DNA of 64,000 bases, taken from positions 1-64,000 of IMG/VR virus record IMGVR_UViG_3300021963_000067; one strand, 5' to 3'. The translations under genes and the position numbers were made by a program. The stretch comes from a virus. The notes beneath the pieces are model-generated. The model ran no database searches and was not told where the DNA came from. It saw nothing but the letters and a program-made list of their open reading frames with translations. This document shows positions 10,255 through 21,201 of the stretch, in pieces; within the stretch, counting starts at the first letter, position 1, and each line of letters opens with the position of its first letter.

Positions 10255-12696
10255 TTATGCCTCTAATTGTACAGCGGTCAATGTAACAGTAATGGTAGTT
10301 GTTCCACCACTCTTGTTAGTTACTGCTAACTGTATATTTGTATCTGGACTAGATTCGTTGCTGAAACCTAATGCTCCTGGACTGATTAAAATAGTTTGTG
10401 CTCCAGTGGTAATTACTTCAGCCACCACACCTGCGCCTGGAGTAGGATCAGCACCCTCTACTCTACTTGAGTCTGCTGTACGACTAGCAATGTCTGTATA
10501 AATTCTTACCCATGCTGCTGCACTAGTTTGAATCTTGTACAGCATATATCCCTTGTATCCAGTGATAGTCAAATTGCCTGTAGCCGCATTGGCCAAACTG
10601 GCAGTTGTTCCAGCAACAGCAGATCGAGATGCCAGTGTACCTCCGCCACCTCCTGATACAGTTCCCGGTAGCCATTTACTACTAGCAGAACTCCATACAA
10701 GTGCTTGACCGTTTGAGGGCGCACTAGTAGTTGTATCAACGTCGCTAAGTGCATCAATACTGGTTGCAGAGTAAGCCGCAGGTATAGTTGGCAATCCTGT
10801 TAAGGAAGAATACGCACCTGTGGTAGCCACAGTGGCCAATGTTGGGCCAGTAATCGTAACTCGTCCTTCACCGTCTGTGGCAGTTGTAATCCCACCGGCC
10901 CCCGCAAAACGTAGTGTCTCTCCAGAGAAAATTGTTCTTTGAGTAGAGTCATCGCCGGCCACATTAAATTCATAACTGCTGATGCTAACACCACCTCCAC
11001 CCCCACTTGGTACTGGTCCCCAAGTGATTTCTTTACCTGTTGGATCGTAGTACAATACTTGTGGGCCAGTGACTTCTCTAATCGGAGCAACATAGAAGCC
11101 AGCGGCCACACCATTAAGAACAGCACCACTGGCATTTAATACAATACTATTTGCTGGTTGATTAGTTTTACCTGCTTGATTTCCAATAGCAATAGCATTA
11201 TCACCTTGGTTAGTTTGACCGGCATATACACCGAGTGCCACTGATTGAAACCCTTGACTTGTTTCGCCTGCATTAGAACCTACGGCAACTGCCGCCTGAG
11301 ATTGATTAGTTTGACCTGCATAAGAACCAATACCTACGGTGTACCCTGCAGGATTTGTTTTTTGCGCCCGGAACCCAATTCCAACAGTATAATTAGATCC
11401 GCTGACTTCGCCGGCCTCTCCGCCTAAATAAACTGACAATTCACTAGTTCTCAAACTTGATGTTGCAACAGGTCCAACCACTGTACCAGTAGCACCGTTG
11501 ATAACCATTGTAGATGCGTCTGAAAATACAGAACCTTTCAAATAGGTCACATCAAATGTGATACTATCACTGACTGCATTAGTTGTTAATTGTATACCTT
11601 CGCCTGCTACTAATACTAATGTATCCGTACTGTTATCAGCTAGTACAGAACTTTGACCACCCACCGCAATAGAAGTAAATCCAAATCTTGTGTTGGTAAC
11701 AATAACCGTTCCAGTACTTTGATTAATGGAAATTCCGTCGCCTGCTGAAATTGCCACAACGCCTGTATTCGATAATGTTATAGATCCTGTTGCTGCACTA
11801 ACGTTTAAGCCTACACCCGAGACTGCAAAGCTAGTTACTCCTGAGTTAGTAAATGTTATGCTATCTGCAGAAGCATTGGTAGTGATACTGATTCCTGTGC
11901 CGTCAACAAAGGTCAATGTATCTGATGTGCTGTCTGCTACCACGTTTGATTGACCACTTACTGCAATAGTTTGGAAAATATTTTGTGGAACACTAGGTGC
12001 TGCGTTGGTAATTCGAACCGTGCCTGGTACACTGGTATCTAATGAAATACCAGATCCTGGATCTGTAATAACGCTTACAATACCAGTATTAGCGATAGTT
12101 ACATTTCCTGTTCCGCCACTAACACTTATACCATAACCTGCAATTGCCGATAATACCCCTGCATTAGAAATAGTTACATTTCCTGTAGCGCCGCTAACTG
12201 TAATACCAGCACCACCTGCGTTAGATAACACACCACTGTTGGCAATGGTCAGCGTATCAGTACTAGCACTTGTGGTTATTGCAATACCATTACTGGCTGC
12301 AATAGTTAATGTATCGGTTCCGGTGTCAGCTACAATATTTGCCTGCCCAGAAACGGCAATAGTTTTAAAATAACTTTCGTCTAATGCTAGACTACCGATG
12401 GTTGAACCTGCTGGAAGATTAACTGCTCCGTACTGCGATGTTATTATTGCTGAACCTAGATGTATTGAATTACCGCTTAGATAGATATCTCTCCATCTTT
12501 TGGTTGCAGACCCTAGATCGTAGGTCTCATTTTCTCCAGGCACAATATTTGAATTTAACGAAGTTAAATCAACAGCGCCACCACCCCCAACGCTTAGATA
12601 CAACTCGGTAAAGTTGTCATTTATTTTATTAAATGCTTCGTCGACTGTACTCCACAGTATCGGAGCAGAACCTGAATTTATTGTTTGTCTAGACAT
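10255..12696 (-). CDS. Tail fibre protein
   Basis: G/S/T-rich; repeated IAVSGQ/GxGIxI units; YadA-head-like AVAVGxxA repeats. Confidence 0.75.
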   Translation of the reverse strand: MSRQTINSGSAPILWSTVDEAFNKINDNFTELYLSVGGGGAVDLTSLNSNIVPGENETYDLGSATKRWRDIYLSGNSIHLGSAIITSQYGAVNLPAGSTIGSLALDESYFKTIAVSGQANIVADTGTDTLTIAASNGIAITTSASTDTLTIANSGVLSNAGGAGITVSGATGNVTISNAGVLSAIAGYGISVSGGTGNVTIANTGIVSVITDPGSGISLDTSVPGTVRITNAAPSVPQNIFQTIAVSGQSNVVADSTSDTLTFVDGTGISITTNASADSITFTNSGVTSFAVSGVGLNVSAATGSITLSNTGVVAISAGDGISINQSTGTVIVTNTRFGFTSIAVGGQSSVLADNSTDTLVLVAGEGIQLTTNAVSDSITFDVTYLKGSVFSDASTMVINGATGTVVGPVATSSLRTSELSVYLGGEAGEVSGSNYTVGIGFRAQKTNPAGYTVGIGSYAGQTNQSQAAVAVGSNAGETSQGFQSVALGVYAGQTNQGDNAIAIGNQAGKTNQPANSIVLNASGAVLNGVAAGFYVAPIREVTGPQVLYYDPTGKEITWGPVPSGGGGGVSISSYEFNVAGDDSTQRTIFSGETLRFAGAGGITTATDGEGRVTITGPTLATVATTGAYSSLTGLPTIPAAYSATSIDALSDVDTTTSAPSNGQALVWSSASSKWLPGTVSGGGGGTLASRSAVAGTTASLANAATGNLTITGYKGYMLYKIQTSAAAWVRIYTDIASRTADSSRVEGADPTPGAGVVAEVITTGAQTILISPGALGFSNESSPDTNIQLAVTNKSGGTTTITVTLTAVQLEA
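11130..11395 (-). repeat. About 15-aa YadA-head-like repeats within fibre gene (approximate bounds)
   Basis: TVGIGFRA / TVGIGSYAGQTNQ / AVAVGSNAGETSQ / SVALGVYAGQTNQ / AIAIGNQAGKTNQ. Confidence 0.6.
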
Positions 12697-15600
12697 TATG
12701 TTCTTCCTACGGCAACTTCAATAGTGCCAATGTGATCTGAATTGTAATCCGATATAGCCTTGCCAATCACTGTTCCAGTTTTGGCAATACCACCTGCCGA
12801 TATTCCTACTCCGGGTATATTTGAAGTTACTATCAAATCTCCCTTCTTGATCTGTCCTACTACTCTGCAAGGAACTCGACCTTGAAGTGCTATTAGATTT
12901 TTAAGTCCAGGACATGCACCGTTCATGATGTAAGCAGCATTATCACTTACAACTCCTGCGACTCTATGATCTTCGTGTGAACTAGACATCATTACTTCTT
13001 TATCGCCACCAAACACTAATACTGTTCCCACAGGGTATTCTCGATCACCTTCGTAATATTCTGCTAGGTCAGCAGAGTAAGTTGCTTGTAATCTACTTCC
13101 AGCAGTCAATGTCCATAAACCAGTAATTGTTCCACTGGTTCCTGCAGCACCTGTTGTTATGACAGGAGTAGTTATTGATCCAACGGTAATCGGAGCATTA
13201 CTCAATCCATTTTGAGTTCTAAACACATGCGCATCATTATCGTAAAATGTTCGTCGATCAGTTGCAACGCTGCCATCACCAATCAAGATACCCACCTGAC
13301 TTAAGAAACCATATATCTGTGTATAGCCGCCTGTAGCAGATGTTGTTGTATCTAATATGGTTTTTGTATCAACTAACAGTCTTTCAACGCTTACATTCCT
13401 GGCTCCGAAGTCGCCATTGCTGTCTCGTTTAACCAACGTGCTTACAGCATTTGAGCTAGATTCATCTACTATGGCATAGTCAGTATCATTAGTAGAAGTG
13501 AAACCAATTCTTCTCAAATAACCAGTGCCTGTATTGTATTGAGATTTTTTAATTGCTCCGCCTAGGTCAGCAATAGAACTGAATGGCACAGCAGTAATAT
13601 TGCCAGTTACCAGTGATGAATTTCCTAATACTGTTTTGGTAGGAACTTGTTCAAGTTTAGCTAAAGTAAGACCATTGTCTTTTACAGTTAACCATCCATC
13701 AGTTGCTGTAAATTGTACGCTGTCAAAACTGGCTAGTCCTCGATCAGCTTGTGTAATACCGGTAGCATTTGCTCTTGTTGATGCAGCAGTCATAGCTAAC
13801 TTGCTTTGAACAATAGCTGCCGCAGCATTTACATCTGTATTGGTAATAACACCTGGGTTGATTTGTGCATCAACAGTGTTAGCGGTTGAATCAATATTAA
13901 GACTAATATCACCTACCATCGCAGAGTTTTGTGCAAAATTTCCAGCACCAGTAAATGTTAATATATCTCCGCTTCTAGGATTAGTTGCCTGAAAGTCAGC
14001 TAGATTGTTAAGAGTTAAACTTCTAAGATTAACACCATCGGTTGGATCTGTAGGATCCGCCATGTTGGCAATTTTAAACCCACCAACATCTAGATTGGCT
14101 TTCATTGGAAGTTGTCCATCTAAGGACAAGAATCCGCCGCTAAATGCAGGAATCAAGCTGGCCTGTGATATTGGACTACCTGTATGACTAGTTCCTAATC
14201 TACGTTCAATGTATCCCCTAGCAGCATTTTCTGTTGGTACAGTATCAGTGGCGTTATCCGAGAACGAACTGTCTGTTGAAAATTCTGAAACAGGTACACC
14301 GCGTTTAAATCCTAGACCATCTAAGTTTGACAATGCAATTGATGCTGCAAATGTAACACTTCCAGTACCTTGGTCAACACGGAAATAAGGACCAACAGAG
14401 AAATTACCAAATTGATCTGTGGTTACGTAGAATACTCGTCCTACACTACGTTCCTGAGTTTCGGAATCCGGATCTAGAGCATTTACAGCAGGCCCGTAAA
14501 TTTCATTAGGATAGTTAGTATCAGCATACGAACCAGTACCAATTTCTAATAAATCATGTGAAGTTACACGAGTCAACGAAATACGAATAGTTAACGTTCC
14601 CGGTTCGTCTTTACCCGTAGAAGATTTAAGAGTGGGTAAGTTTGTAAAATATACCAGTGAGTCATTTAGCGGAGGGCTAATAGTAATAAGACCGTATGCC
14701 TGTCCGGTGACCGCTTCGTTTTGATAACCTTGTACTGTATAGGTAGTTGCTTTGAATACAATTTTAGTGCCGATCAATCTTGCCGCTTCAGCACCGCTAA
14801 TTGGAACTACAGCAAACGTGCTGTCTCCAGCACGACCTACAACTTTACCTACACGGTGAACACCGCTTTGTATAAAACTGGTTTCAATTTCAGTACTGGC
14901 ACTAATTGCCTCATCTGTTACAGTGAATGTGTCAGGAGTTAAAACGTTTTTAACAAAGAATATTCTAGTAGTGGACAGCCCAATGGGCAATACTCCAGTT
15001 GTGGTAAATCGAATAGCATCTCCAGCATTAAACCCGTGTGATGCTAGACTTATTACTCCTGGATTGCCAATTGAAATTGTACATACTGCCGCACTAGTTA
15101 CAAATGGCTGAGTTGGATCTACTGTAAGATCGATATAGTTATAATTTTCTCTAAGTGTAGTTTGCGCTAGACCGAATACTTCATAGGCCTGCGTACCACT
15201 TTGACTACCGCTAGTAGCTATCGGTGTACCTCGTTTTGCTGTGCCTATTCTAAAACTATCCTCAGTCCAACCATCTGATTGAACATAATAGACAACACCC
15301 ACACTCAATCCAGTTGGCAGTGTACCTGTGGTTGTTAATGTTATTTGATATCCAGGTTGCAGTCCGTGACCCACTCTAGTAATTACAGCAGGAGTTGATA
15401 TCGAAATAGTAATTGTTCTAGCACCTTCTGGATCAGAATATGCATCAAATTGTAGCACACGATAAACTTCTGGCGATTCTGCAAGAACAAGACCAGTACT
15501 AGGACGAACAGCAACATCCACCGCATTGCCTGTTAACACCGTGGTAGAATTTTGTCTAATTGATATAACATCGCCATCGGCAATAACAGCGGCTAATCCA

Positions 15601-18600
15601 TCAATACCCGCTCCCTCTGAACTTCGGAGACTAAGTCTAGATACTCCAGGCGGTAGACCTGATGTTGTGGCTCCAGTAATTGGATACCTAAACATGGTTC
15701 CTAGCCCGTGGTCAACTTCTAGTTCACCGTTAGGTAATGGAGGATAAGTGTAATTGGTCACATATATAATAAGACCATTAACTTCAGTTTCATAGAATCC
15801 AGACGGTGCATAACAAGTTGCAGATTGTGCAAGATCGTAATACAACGAAACCGGGGTTGGAACTTCTAATGGGTCACTTCCCTCAGCTACTAGAGCATAA
15901 TTTCCGTGAGCACTTGATCCGCCGATAGATCTAATTTGCCCGCCGCCAATTGAGTAATATGAAATATGGCAGTAGTAGGTAAACATACTGACACACTCTG
16001 CCAATCCTCCGTTGTTTACAACAATACCATAACCCAGGTCGTTGATCTGTGTGTAGTCATTAGACAACATAGATCTATTACCAGGCATCAACACTTCGTA
16101 GACGTTGGCATTTTCATTAACAAAATCTATAACAGCCTGTTGAATGTCTGCTTTCTCTGCGACCAGTGTTGATCGTGCAGCAAGTAATGTTGAAGAGTAC
16201 CCAACTAGACCAGGCAGTGTTTCAGCAGTTGGAGCAGTACCAGATGATACTGTAGTGGCCACATCTGATATTAATGTTTCGATAACGGATTGAATGGCAG
16301 CATCGCTGACTGTGCCAGGAACTCTAGGAGTAGCTGTATAGGTTGTTACTGGAGAAAGATCTAATATAACCTGTTTGGCCAAATATTTGGCATAGTTAAT
16401 GCCAGCTACAGTTTGAGTCAATTGACCGATTGGAATTTGTAATTCTATCAAATCTCCAACACCGTCGTAATATTTTAATCCAGCTTTTCTAGTTTCACTA
16501 TTGCCACCATAGACAATGTCGTAGACCAGTGCTTCGACTATATACCCAATGTCTCTAGCAAATAATGTTTGATCGAATACCAATGATGGGTAAGTGGCTA
16601 TCATGTAGCCTACAGTTTCGTCTTGAATAAATTCTATGTTGGCCTGTAGTAGTGCGCTGGCATTTACTCTATTGGCTGCTAATCCTGCAGGATTTGTAAA
16701 TGATAGAGCCGGTGCAAATGTGCTTCCGTTCCTCACAATATTTGCAATAGTAATTTTGCTAGTTTCAACTATTGACTGTGCAGCAGGTGTTGTTGTTAGA
16801 TAACTAGATGCTTGGTCATGTGCTTCCTCTATGGCCTGTACAGTTAAATCTAATTGGTCTTCAACAACCACAATGGCCGCAGCAAGTCTGTATGATAGGC
16901 CAGAACGTCTAGCATGATAGTTAGTACCAAATACAATGTCATAGCCGACGCCGTCAATAATTAATCCAACATCTCTAAAACATATTTCTTCGTTGTAAGT
17001 AAACAAGTCATATGGCCAAGGTGTAGTTTCGTCAAGTACAAAAGATGCTGTCGAACCTGCTGTGTTAAATGTGTAATCTCTTACATAGTTAATTCTATAA
17101 ACAGTATCTTCAACAATAAACGATGCTGGTAATTGAGGTATACGCTTCAGTTCACCCACACGTAAAAATGTTGGACTATCTTTATTAATAATTTTAAATT
17201 TTAAGTTTCCAGCAAACCCGTCAATGTATTGTCCGCCAGCAAATGTCTGTCTACCTATGCTCTTAGAGAATGATGCACATTCCTGAGCGTAGGGAGATTT
17301 AGCAAGGATTTGTCCTTCTGGGTCAAGTACCATGGCAAACCCGCCATGCCCTTGGAACGTAACTGCCTGTAATCGAACAGCATCATTACACAACATAACG
17401 TCCATTTGGTCGTTGTCTTTAGGATAGTTAACGCTTCCGGAGTTATCGATTACATCTATAACAGCATTAATCAATGCACCAACAACTCCGCCAGTGTTAG
17501 TGGCACTACCACCTGAAGTGTACACTCCTATTCCTACACCATTAACGCTGCTAGTTAATGCAGCATTGTTATAAAGATAGAATGATGTAGCATCTATGAC
17601 ATCAACGTAATAGTCGTTGCCATTAATTTCAGTCATACCTACAACATTGCTTATTAAAATTTGATCCCCATCTACTAGACCGTGAGCAGATGATGTAGTA
17701 ATAGCTATGGGGTTAGTATTTGTAGCAGCTGAAATATTAAACGAAGTACCACCAGTTCCTACCTCTGCAATAAATGCACCGTCTATAATTTGTGGATATG
17801 TAGATCGGAACGTTTCTTGTATTTCTACGTTTCTAATTACTAGTTGTGCAAGAACTCCTAATCTACGAATTGCAGCAATTGTTTGTGATAATTGAGCACC
17901 AATTGCTATTAATCCACTGGCATTGCCGTAATATTTTAATGCGGCAGAAATAGTTCGATTACTACCTCCCCACTTTAAATCGAATACCATTGAATCAATA
18001 ATGAGACCTACATCTCGCTGACAAAGCTCTTCATCGTAGATAAAATTTGGAGCAAATGGTGATATACCCTTAGCAGATTGATCAGCAATCCATCCAACTA
18101 CTTCAGCCTGAATAAATTGTCTGTTTAAAATTAATAGCTGTGCAGCGGCTCTATAGAATCCACGATTATTAACTAGTGGATAAACTGGTTGTGAACTATC
18201 CTGCAGATAGTGATGACCAAATAGTCTATCGGCAATAGTTATTTGATCAGTGCCAATAACACCAACAGTTAAGTCTCTTCTAAAGTGTATAAACGCCCAT
18301 GGACTAGAACTTAGTCCAGGTTTTGGTCTAATGATACAACGTCTAAATTCATCGCCGATAATCGATACGTTGTTAGGAATCCTTAAAGGTAAGTTTTCCT
18401 CGTAGACTCCAGTTTCTAATAATATACTGATTTGAATTTTCTTAGTAACATCACCGTATGATATTACTTCACCGATTTCAAATGTACCAAATTTCAAATC
18501 AACATCGAATATTTCATTACCACTACTATCCAACGATCCGTTGTGAGATAAAATCTGTGCCAATGCTCCTGAGCTTTCTCCTCTCAGATACAGACCTTCT

Positions 18601-20030
18601 CTAATATCTCTACTTCTAATGGCAAATGGTGTTGATGTAGTTACATCTCCTGTAAAGTCTGTTCGATATCCTTCTGTCTTAATAAGGAATCTTGGAAGAC
18701 TTACTTCAACTAACGGTAAACTGGTAAATCCAGTACCTTGGTCAGTGATAGTAATACTTTGTACAACTCCCGAAAAAACATCAGCAGTACCAAATGCCCC
18801 TGCACCACCGCCACCTGAAATTCTAACAGATACTAGGCCATAGCTATTACCGCCACTAATTACCTGTACGTTATTGACTTTATAGGTTAAATCTAGTGTA
18901 ACACCATTACCAAAATTACTGTTGTCGCTGCAAGAAATTGCTGTGCTGCCAGGCAGAGCAGTGTAGACACCAGACGATAATTGTCTAACTGTTAGTACAC
19001 CACCTGCTTCTGTAATTGAAAGAACTTCGTATCTTGCAGGCTCAATGTTTGTGCCTCCAAGAACAGTTAATACATCTCCGGGTTGATAGTTAACACCTAC
19101 CGAATTAATCACAACACCATCAACACTCATTAATGGAATTCCGGAGAATCCCGAACCGCTTGCTGGTGCGTTTTCAATATCTTCTAGAGTACACTCGCCG
19201 GCTCCATTATTATAAGTTAGTGTTTTCTTGTAAGGTCCAATTTCGTCTCTAGCTTCTAGTACTATTTCTTCTGCTCTCTTAAGTGCTGCTTCGATAGTTC
19301 TATAGGCATAGGCTAAAGCACGACCCTGTAATCCTGCACTGACACCAACCCGATCATCTTCTCCAGATGTTGCAACATACAAGTTTACTATACTACCAAA
19401 TGCAGAATTATCAACGTATCTCTTAGTTGCTGCAATTAAACCGTCGTATACTTCGTCATCATCGGGTTCTGGATCACGTGATAGTATTAGTGGGCCACTC
19501 ATTGTTCCCCACGCTGGGGTTCTTAACCCAGTTCTTGGATCAACAGCGTTAACGCCTGCACGGGCAATTTTGCTATCTGCATAACGCTTGTTAACTGCTT
19601 CGTGTTCGTAAATAGGAGAAAGAGGAGAGGCTGTTGTACCCAGGTCTTTGATTCTCCACTGATCTCCACCCGATCTTGCACTTAGATCTCCGCCTAGCTG
19701 TGGACTAATATCACCTACTACTTCCGAAAACTGTGAACTAATTCTAATTTCATTTTCGTTGGTTGTGAAATCTAACGAAATACCAGAACCATTTACTAGC
19801 TGTTTAAAAACAACACCGGTTTCTGTATTGTTAACAGAAACAATTGCATTTTCTTGTCCAAAATAACTGCTGGGTGTATCATCTAGATTCTTAAAAGTTA
19901 GCTTTTCGCCTAGACCTAATGAGCTGTAGAGCTCACGAAAGTTGTCGTTCACTTTGCGGAACGAGTCGCGAATACTGTCGCCTGTGCCGTCGTTGCCTAC
20001 AACGCCGATATCAATAATTTTTCTTGCCAT
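12696..20030 (-). CDS. Giant (2444 aa) tail fibre/spike protein
   Basis: N-terminal GNDGTGDSIRDSFRKVNDNF; GVYEENLPLRIPNNVSIIGDEFRR beta-helix entry; repeated HG-containing small domains; C-terminal ADLAEYY...GRVPC chaperone/autocleavage-like domain. Confidence 0.75.
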   Translation of the reverse strand: MARKIIDIGVVGNDGTGDSIRDSFRKVNDNFRELYSSLGLGEKLTFKNLDDTPSSYFGQENAIVSVNNTETGVVFKQLVNGSGISLDFTTNENEIRISSQFSEVVGDISPQLGGDLSARSGGDQWRIKDLGTTASPLSPIYEHEAVNKRYADSKIARAGVNAVDPRTGLRTPAWGTMSGPLILSRDPEPDDDEVYDGLIAATKRYVDNSAFGSIVNLYVATSGEDDRVGVSAGLQGRALAYAYRTIEAALKRAEEIVLEARDEIGPYKKTLTYNNGAGECTLEDIENAPASGSGFSGIPLMSVDGVVINSVGVNYQPGDVLTVLGGTNIEPARYEVLSITEAGGVLTVRQLSSGVYTALPGSTAISCSDNSNFGNGVTLDLTYKVNNVQVISGGNSYGLVSVRISGGGGAGAFGTADVFSGVVQSITITDQGTGFTSLPLVEVSLPRFLIKTEGYRTDFTGDVTTSTPFAIRSRDIREGLYLRGESSGALAQILSHNGSLDSSGNEIFDVDLKFGTFEIGEVISYGDVTKKIQISILLETGVYEENLPLRIPNNVSIIGDEFRRCIIRPKPGLSSSPWAFIHFRRDLTVGVIGTDQITIADRLFGHHYLQDSSQPVYPLVNNRGFYRAAAQLLILNRQFIQAEVVGWIADQSAKGISPFAPNFIYDEELCQRDVGLIIDSMVFDLKWGGSNRTISAALKYYGNASGLIAIGAQLSQTIAAIRRLGVLAQLVIRNVEIQETFRSTYPQIIDGAFIAEVGTGGTSFNISAATNTNPIAITTSSAHGLVDGDQILISNVVGMTEINGNDYYVDVIDATSFYLYNNAALTSSVNGVGIGVYTSGGSATNTGGVVGALINAVIDVIDNSGSVNYPKDNDQMDVMLCNDAVRLQAVTFQGHGGFAMVLDPEGQILAKSPYAQECASFSKSIGRQTFAGGQYIDGFAGNLKFKIINKDSPTFLRVGELKRIPQLPASFIVEDTVYRINYVRDYTFNTAGSTASFVLDETTPWPYDLFTYNEEICFRDVGLIIDGVGYDIVFGTNYHARRSGLSYRLAAAIVVVEDQLDLTVQAIEEAHDQASSYLTTTPAAQSIVETSKITIANIVRNGSTFAPALSFTNPAGLAANRVNASALLQANIEFIQDETVGYMIATYPSLVFDQTLFARDIGYIVEALVYDIVYGGNSETRKAGLKYYDGVGDLIELQIPIGQLTQTVAGINYAKYLAKQVILDLSPVTTYTATPRVPGTVSDAAIQSVIETLISDVATTVSSGTAPTAETLPGLVGYSSTLLAARSTLVAEKADIQQAVIDFVNENANVYEVLMPGNRSMLSNDYTQINDLGYGIVVNNGGLAECVSMFTYYCHISYYSIGGGQIRSIGGSSAHGNYALVAEGSDPLEVPTPVSLYYDLAQSATCYAPSGFYETEVNGLIIYVTNYTYPPLPNGELEVDHGLGTMFRYPITGATTSGLPPGVSRLSLRSSEGAGIDGLAAVIADGDVISIRQNSTTVLTGNAVDVAVRPSTGLVLAESPEVYRVLQFDAYSDPEGARTITISISTPAVITRVGHGLQPGYQITLTTTGTLPTGLSVGVVYYVQSDGWTEDSFRIGTAKRGTPIATSGSQSGTQAYEVFGLAQTTLRENYNYIDLTVDPTQPFVTSAAVCTISIGNPGVISLASHGFNAGDAIRFTTTGVLPIGLSTTRIFFVKNVLTPDTFTVTDEAISASTEIETSFIQSGVHRVGKVVGRAGDSTFAVVPISGAEAARLIGTKIVFKATTYTVQGYQNEAVTGQAYGLITISPPLNDSLVYFTNLPTLKSSTGKDEPGTLTIRISLTRVTSHDLLEIGTGSYADTNYPNEIYGPAVNALDPDSETQERSVGRVFYVTTDQFGNFSVGPYFRVDQGTGSVTFAASIALSNLDGLGFKRGVPVSEFSTDSSFSDNATDTVPTENAARGYIERRLGTSHTGSPISQASLIPAFSGGFLSLDGQLPMKANLDVGGFKIANMADPTDPTDGVNLRSLTLNNLADFQATNPRSGDILTFTGAGNFAQNSAMVGDISLNIDSTANTVDAQINPGVITNTDVNAAAAIVQSKLAMTAASTRANATGITQADRGLASFDSVQFTATDGWLTVKDNGLTLAKLEQVPTKTVLGNSSLVTGNITAVPFSSIADLGGAIKKSQYNTGTGYLRRIGFTSTNDTDYAIVDESSSNAVSTLVKRDSNGDFGARNVSVERLLVDTKTILDTTTSATGGYTQIYGFLSQVGILIGDGSVATDRRTFYDNDAHVFRTQNGLSNAPITVGSITTPVITTGAAGTSGTITGLWTLTAGSRLQATYSADLAEYYEGDREYPVGTVLVFGGDKEVMMSSSHEDHRVAGVVSDNAAYIMNGACPGLKNLIALQGRVPCRVVGQIKKGDLIVTSNIPGVGISAGGIAKTGTVIGKAISDYNSDHIGTIEVAVGRT

Positions 20031-20100
20031 GGTAGATCCTAAGATTTATGGTTGCTCTACTATTTAGCCCAAAGTTTTATAAGCCGAATGTAAATACAGA

Positions 20101-20388
20101 ATGTTCTTAAAAAAAGAAACTCAACAAAGTCAATATGTTAGGATCAGTAAGCTAGGTATTGAACACGAATACACTAGAAGAAAAACAGTTGCTGTCTTTC
20201 GTTGCGATAACTGCGACTACGAGTTTAATCGTGATTTGAAAAATATGGATCATAGAAGATTAAGCAACAACTACTTCCATGTGTGCTCAAAGTGTGATGC
20301 TAAAAAGTTTGCACAGCGTAAAGGAGTTGAGCGCAAACAGATATGGAATATGCCGGCTAGTACTGAACTGCCTGTAGGAAAGTATTAG
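20101..20388 (+). CDS. Small zinc-ribbon-like protein
   Basis: CDNC and CSKC pairs; TAAATA 4 nt upstream of ATG. Confidence 0.65.
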   Translation: MFLKKETQQSQYVRISKLGIEHEYTRRKTVAVFRCDNCDYEFNRDLKNMDHRRLSNNYFHVCSKCDAKKFAQRKGVERKQIWNMPASTELPVGKY

Positions 20389-20708
20389 ACTCTAAAACTT
20401 TCACCACATCCGCAACGATCTCGCTCATTAGGATTCTGAAAATCAAATCCTTCATTTAATCCGTTTTTAACCCAATCCATAGTTAGGCCCTGTAGATAGA
20501 CACTGTCCTTGACATTTACCTTAATAACAAAATCCGGATAGGTAATATTGTTATCGTAGGGATCAAATTTATCATCTCTCAAATATTCCAACACATAAGC
20601 AAGTCCACTACATCCTGTGGTTTTTACACCTATTCGAATACCCTTACATGCCTTTTTATGCAATAATTCTTTAACCTTTGCAGCCGCTCGATCAGTTAGG
20701 GTAATCAT
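20385..20708 (-). CDS. iscA: Fe-S cluster assembly A-type carrier IscA
   Basis: GCSGLAY and NPN...CGCGESF. Confidence 0.93.
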   Translation of the reverse strand: MITLTDRAAAKVKELLHKKACKGIRIGVKTTGCSGLAYVLEYLRDDKFDPYDNNITYPDFVIKVNVKDSVYLQGLTMDWVKNGLNEGFDFQNPNERDRCGCGESFRV

Positions 20709-21081
20709 GCTTGTTCTTGTAATCGGCTACCGCTGCTTTAATCGCATCTTCTGCTAGAATACTACAGTGTATTTTTACTGGAGGTAGAGCTAATTCTTCT
20801 GCAATCTCGCTATTACGAATATTACTAGCAGCATCAATGTGCATTCCTTTAACCATCTCAGTGACAAGACTCGAGCTGGCGATTGCTGAACCGCATCCAT
20901 ATGTCTTAAAACGAGCATCGCTAATAATACCATTTTCATCTACCTTTATTTGTAGTTTCATAACATCGCCACAAGCAGGGGCACCAACCATACCAGTACC
21001 GATATCAGTATCACTCTTGTCAAAAGATCCGACATTCCTGGGATTTTCATAATGGTCGATTACTTTTGCTGAATAGGCCAT
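20692..21081 (-). CDS. iscU: Fe-S cluster scaffold IscU
   Basis: MAYSAKVIDHYENPRNVG, GAPACGDVM, GCGSAIAS, LPPVKIHCS. Confidence 0.95.
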   Translation of the reverse strand: MAYSAKVIDHYENPRNVGSFDKSDTDIGTGMVGAPACGDVMKLQIKVDENGIISDARFKTYGCGSAIASSSLVTEMVKGMHIDAASNIRNSEIAEELALPPVKIHCSILAEDAIKAAVADYKNKHDYPN

Positions 21082-21083
21082 CC

Positions 21084-21200
21084 TTAACCCTTTTTAAACA
21101 GACTTAGTATTTTAGCCTGAATTGTTTTGGCAAAGTCGGGCTGAGGGAAATTCCAACCAATAAATGCACCTAGTGCTAACCAAAATAATGTTTCTAACAT
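21084..21200 (-). CDS. 38-aa small membrane protein
   Basis: Not in ORF track. MLETLFWLALGAFIGWNFPQPDFAKTIQAKILSLFKKG; GGAG RBS; exactly fills the sod-iscU gap. Confidence 0.65.
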   Translation of the reverse strand: MLETLFWLALGAFIGWNFPQPDFAKTIQAKILSLFKKG

Positions 21201-21201
21201 A

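Noticed and set aside
1663-19000. Many 60-110 aa ORFs antisense to or nested in structural genes
   Set aside because: Shadow ORFs of long genes with recognisable motifs; no RBS or motifs of their own
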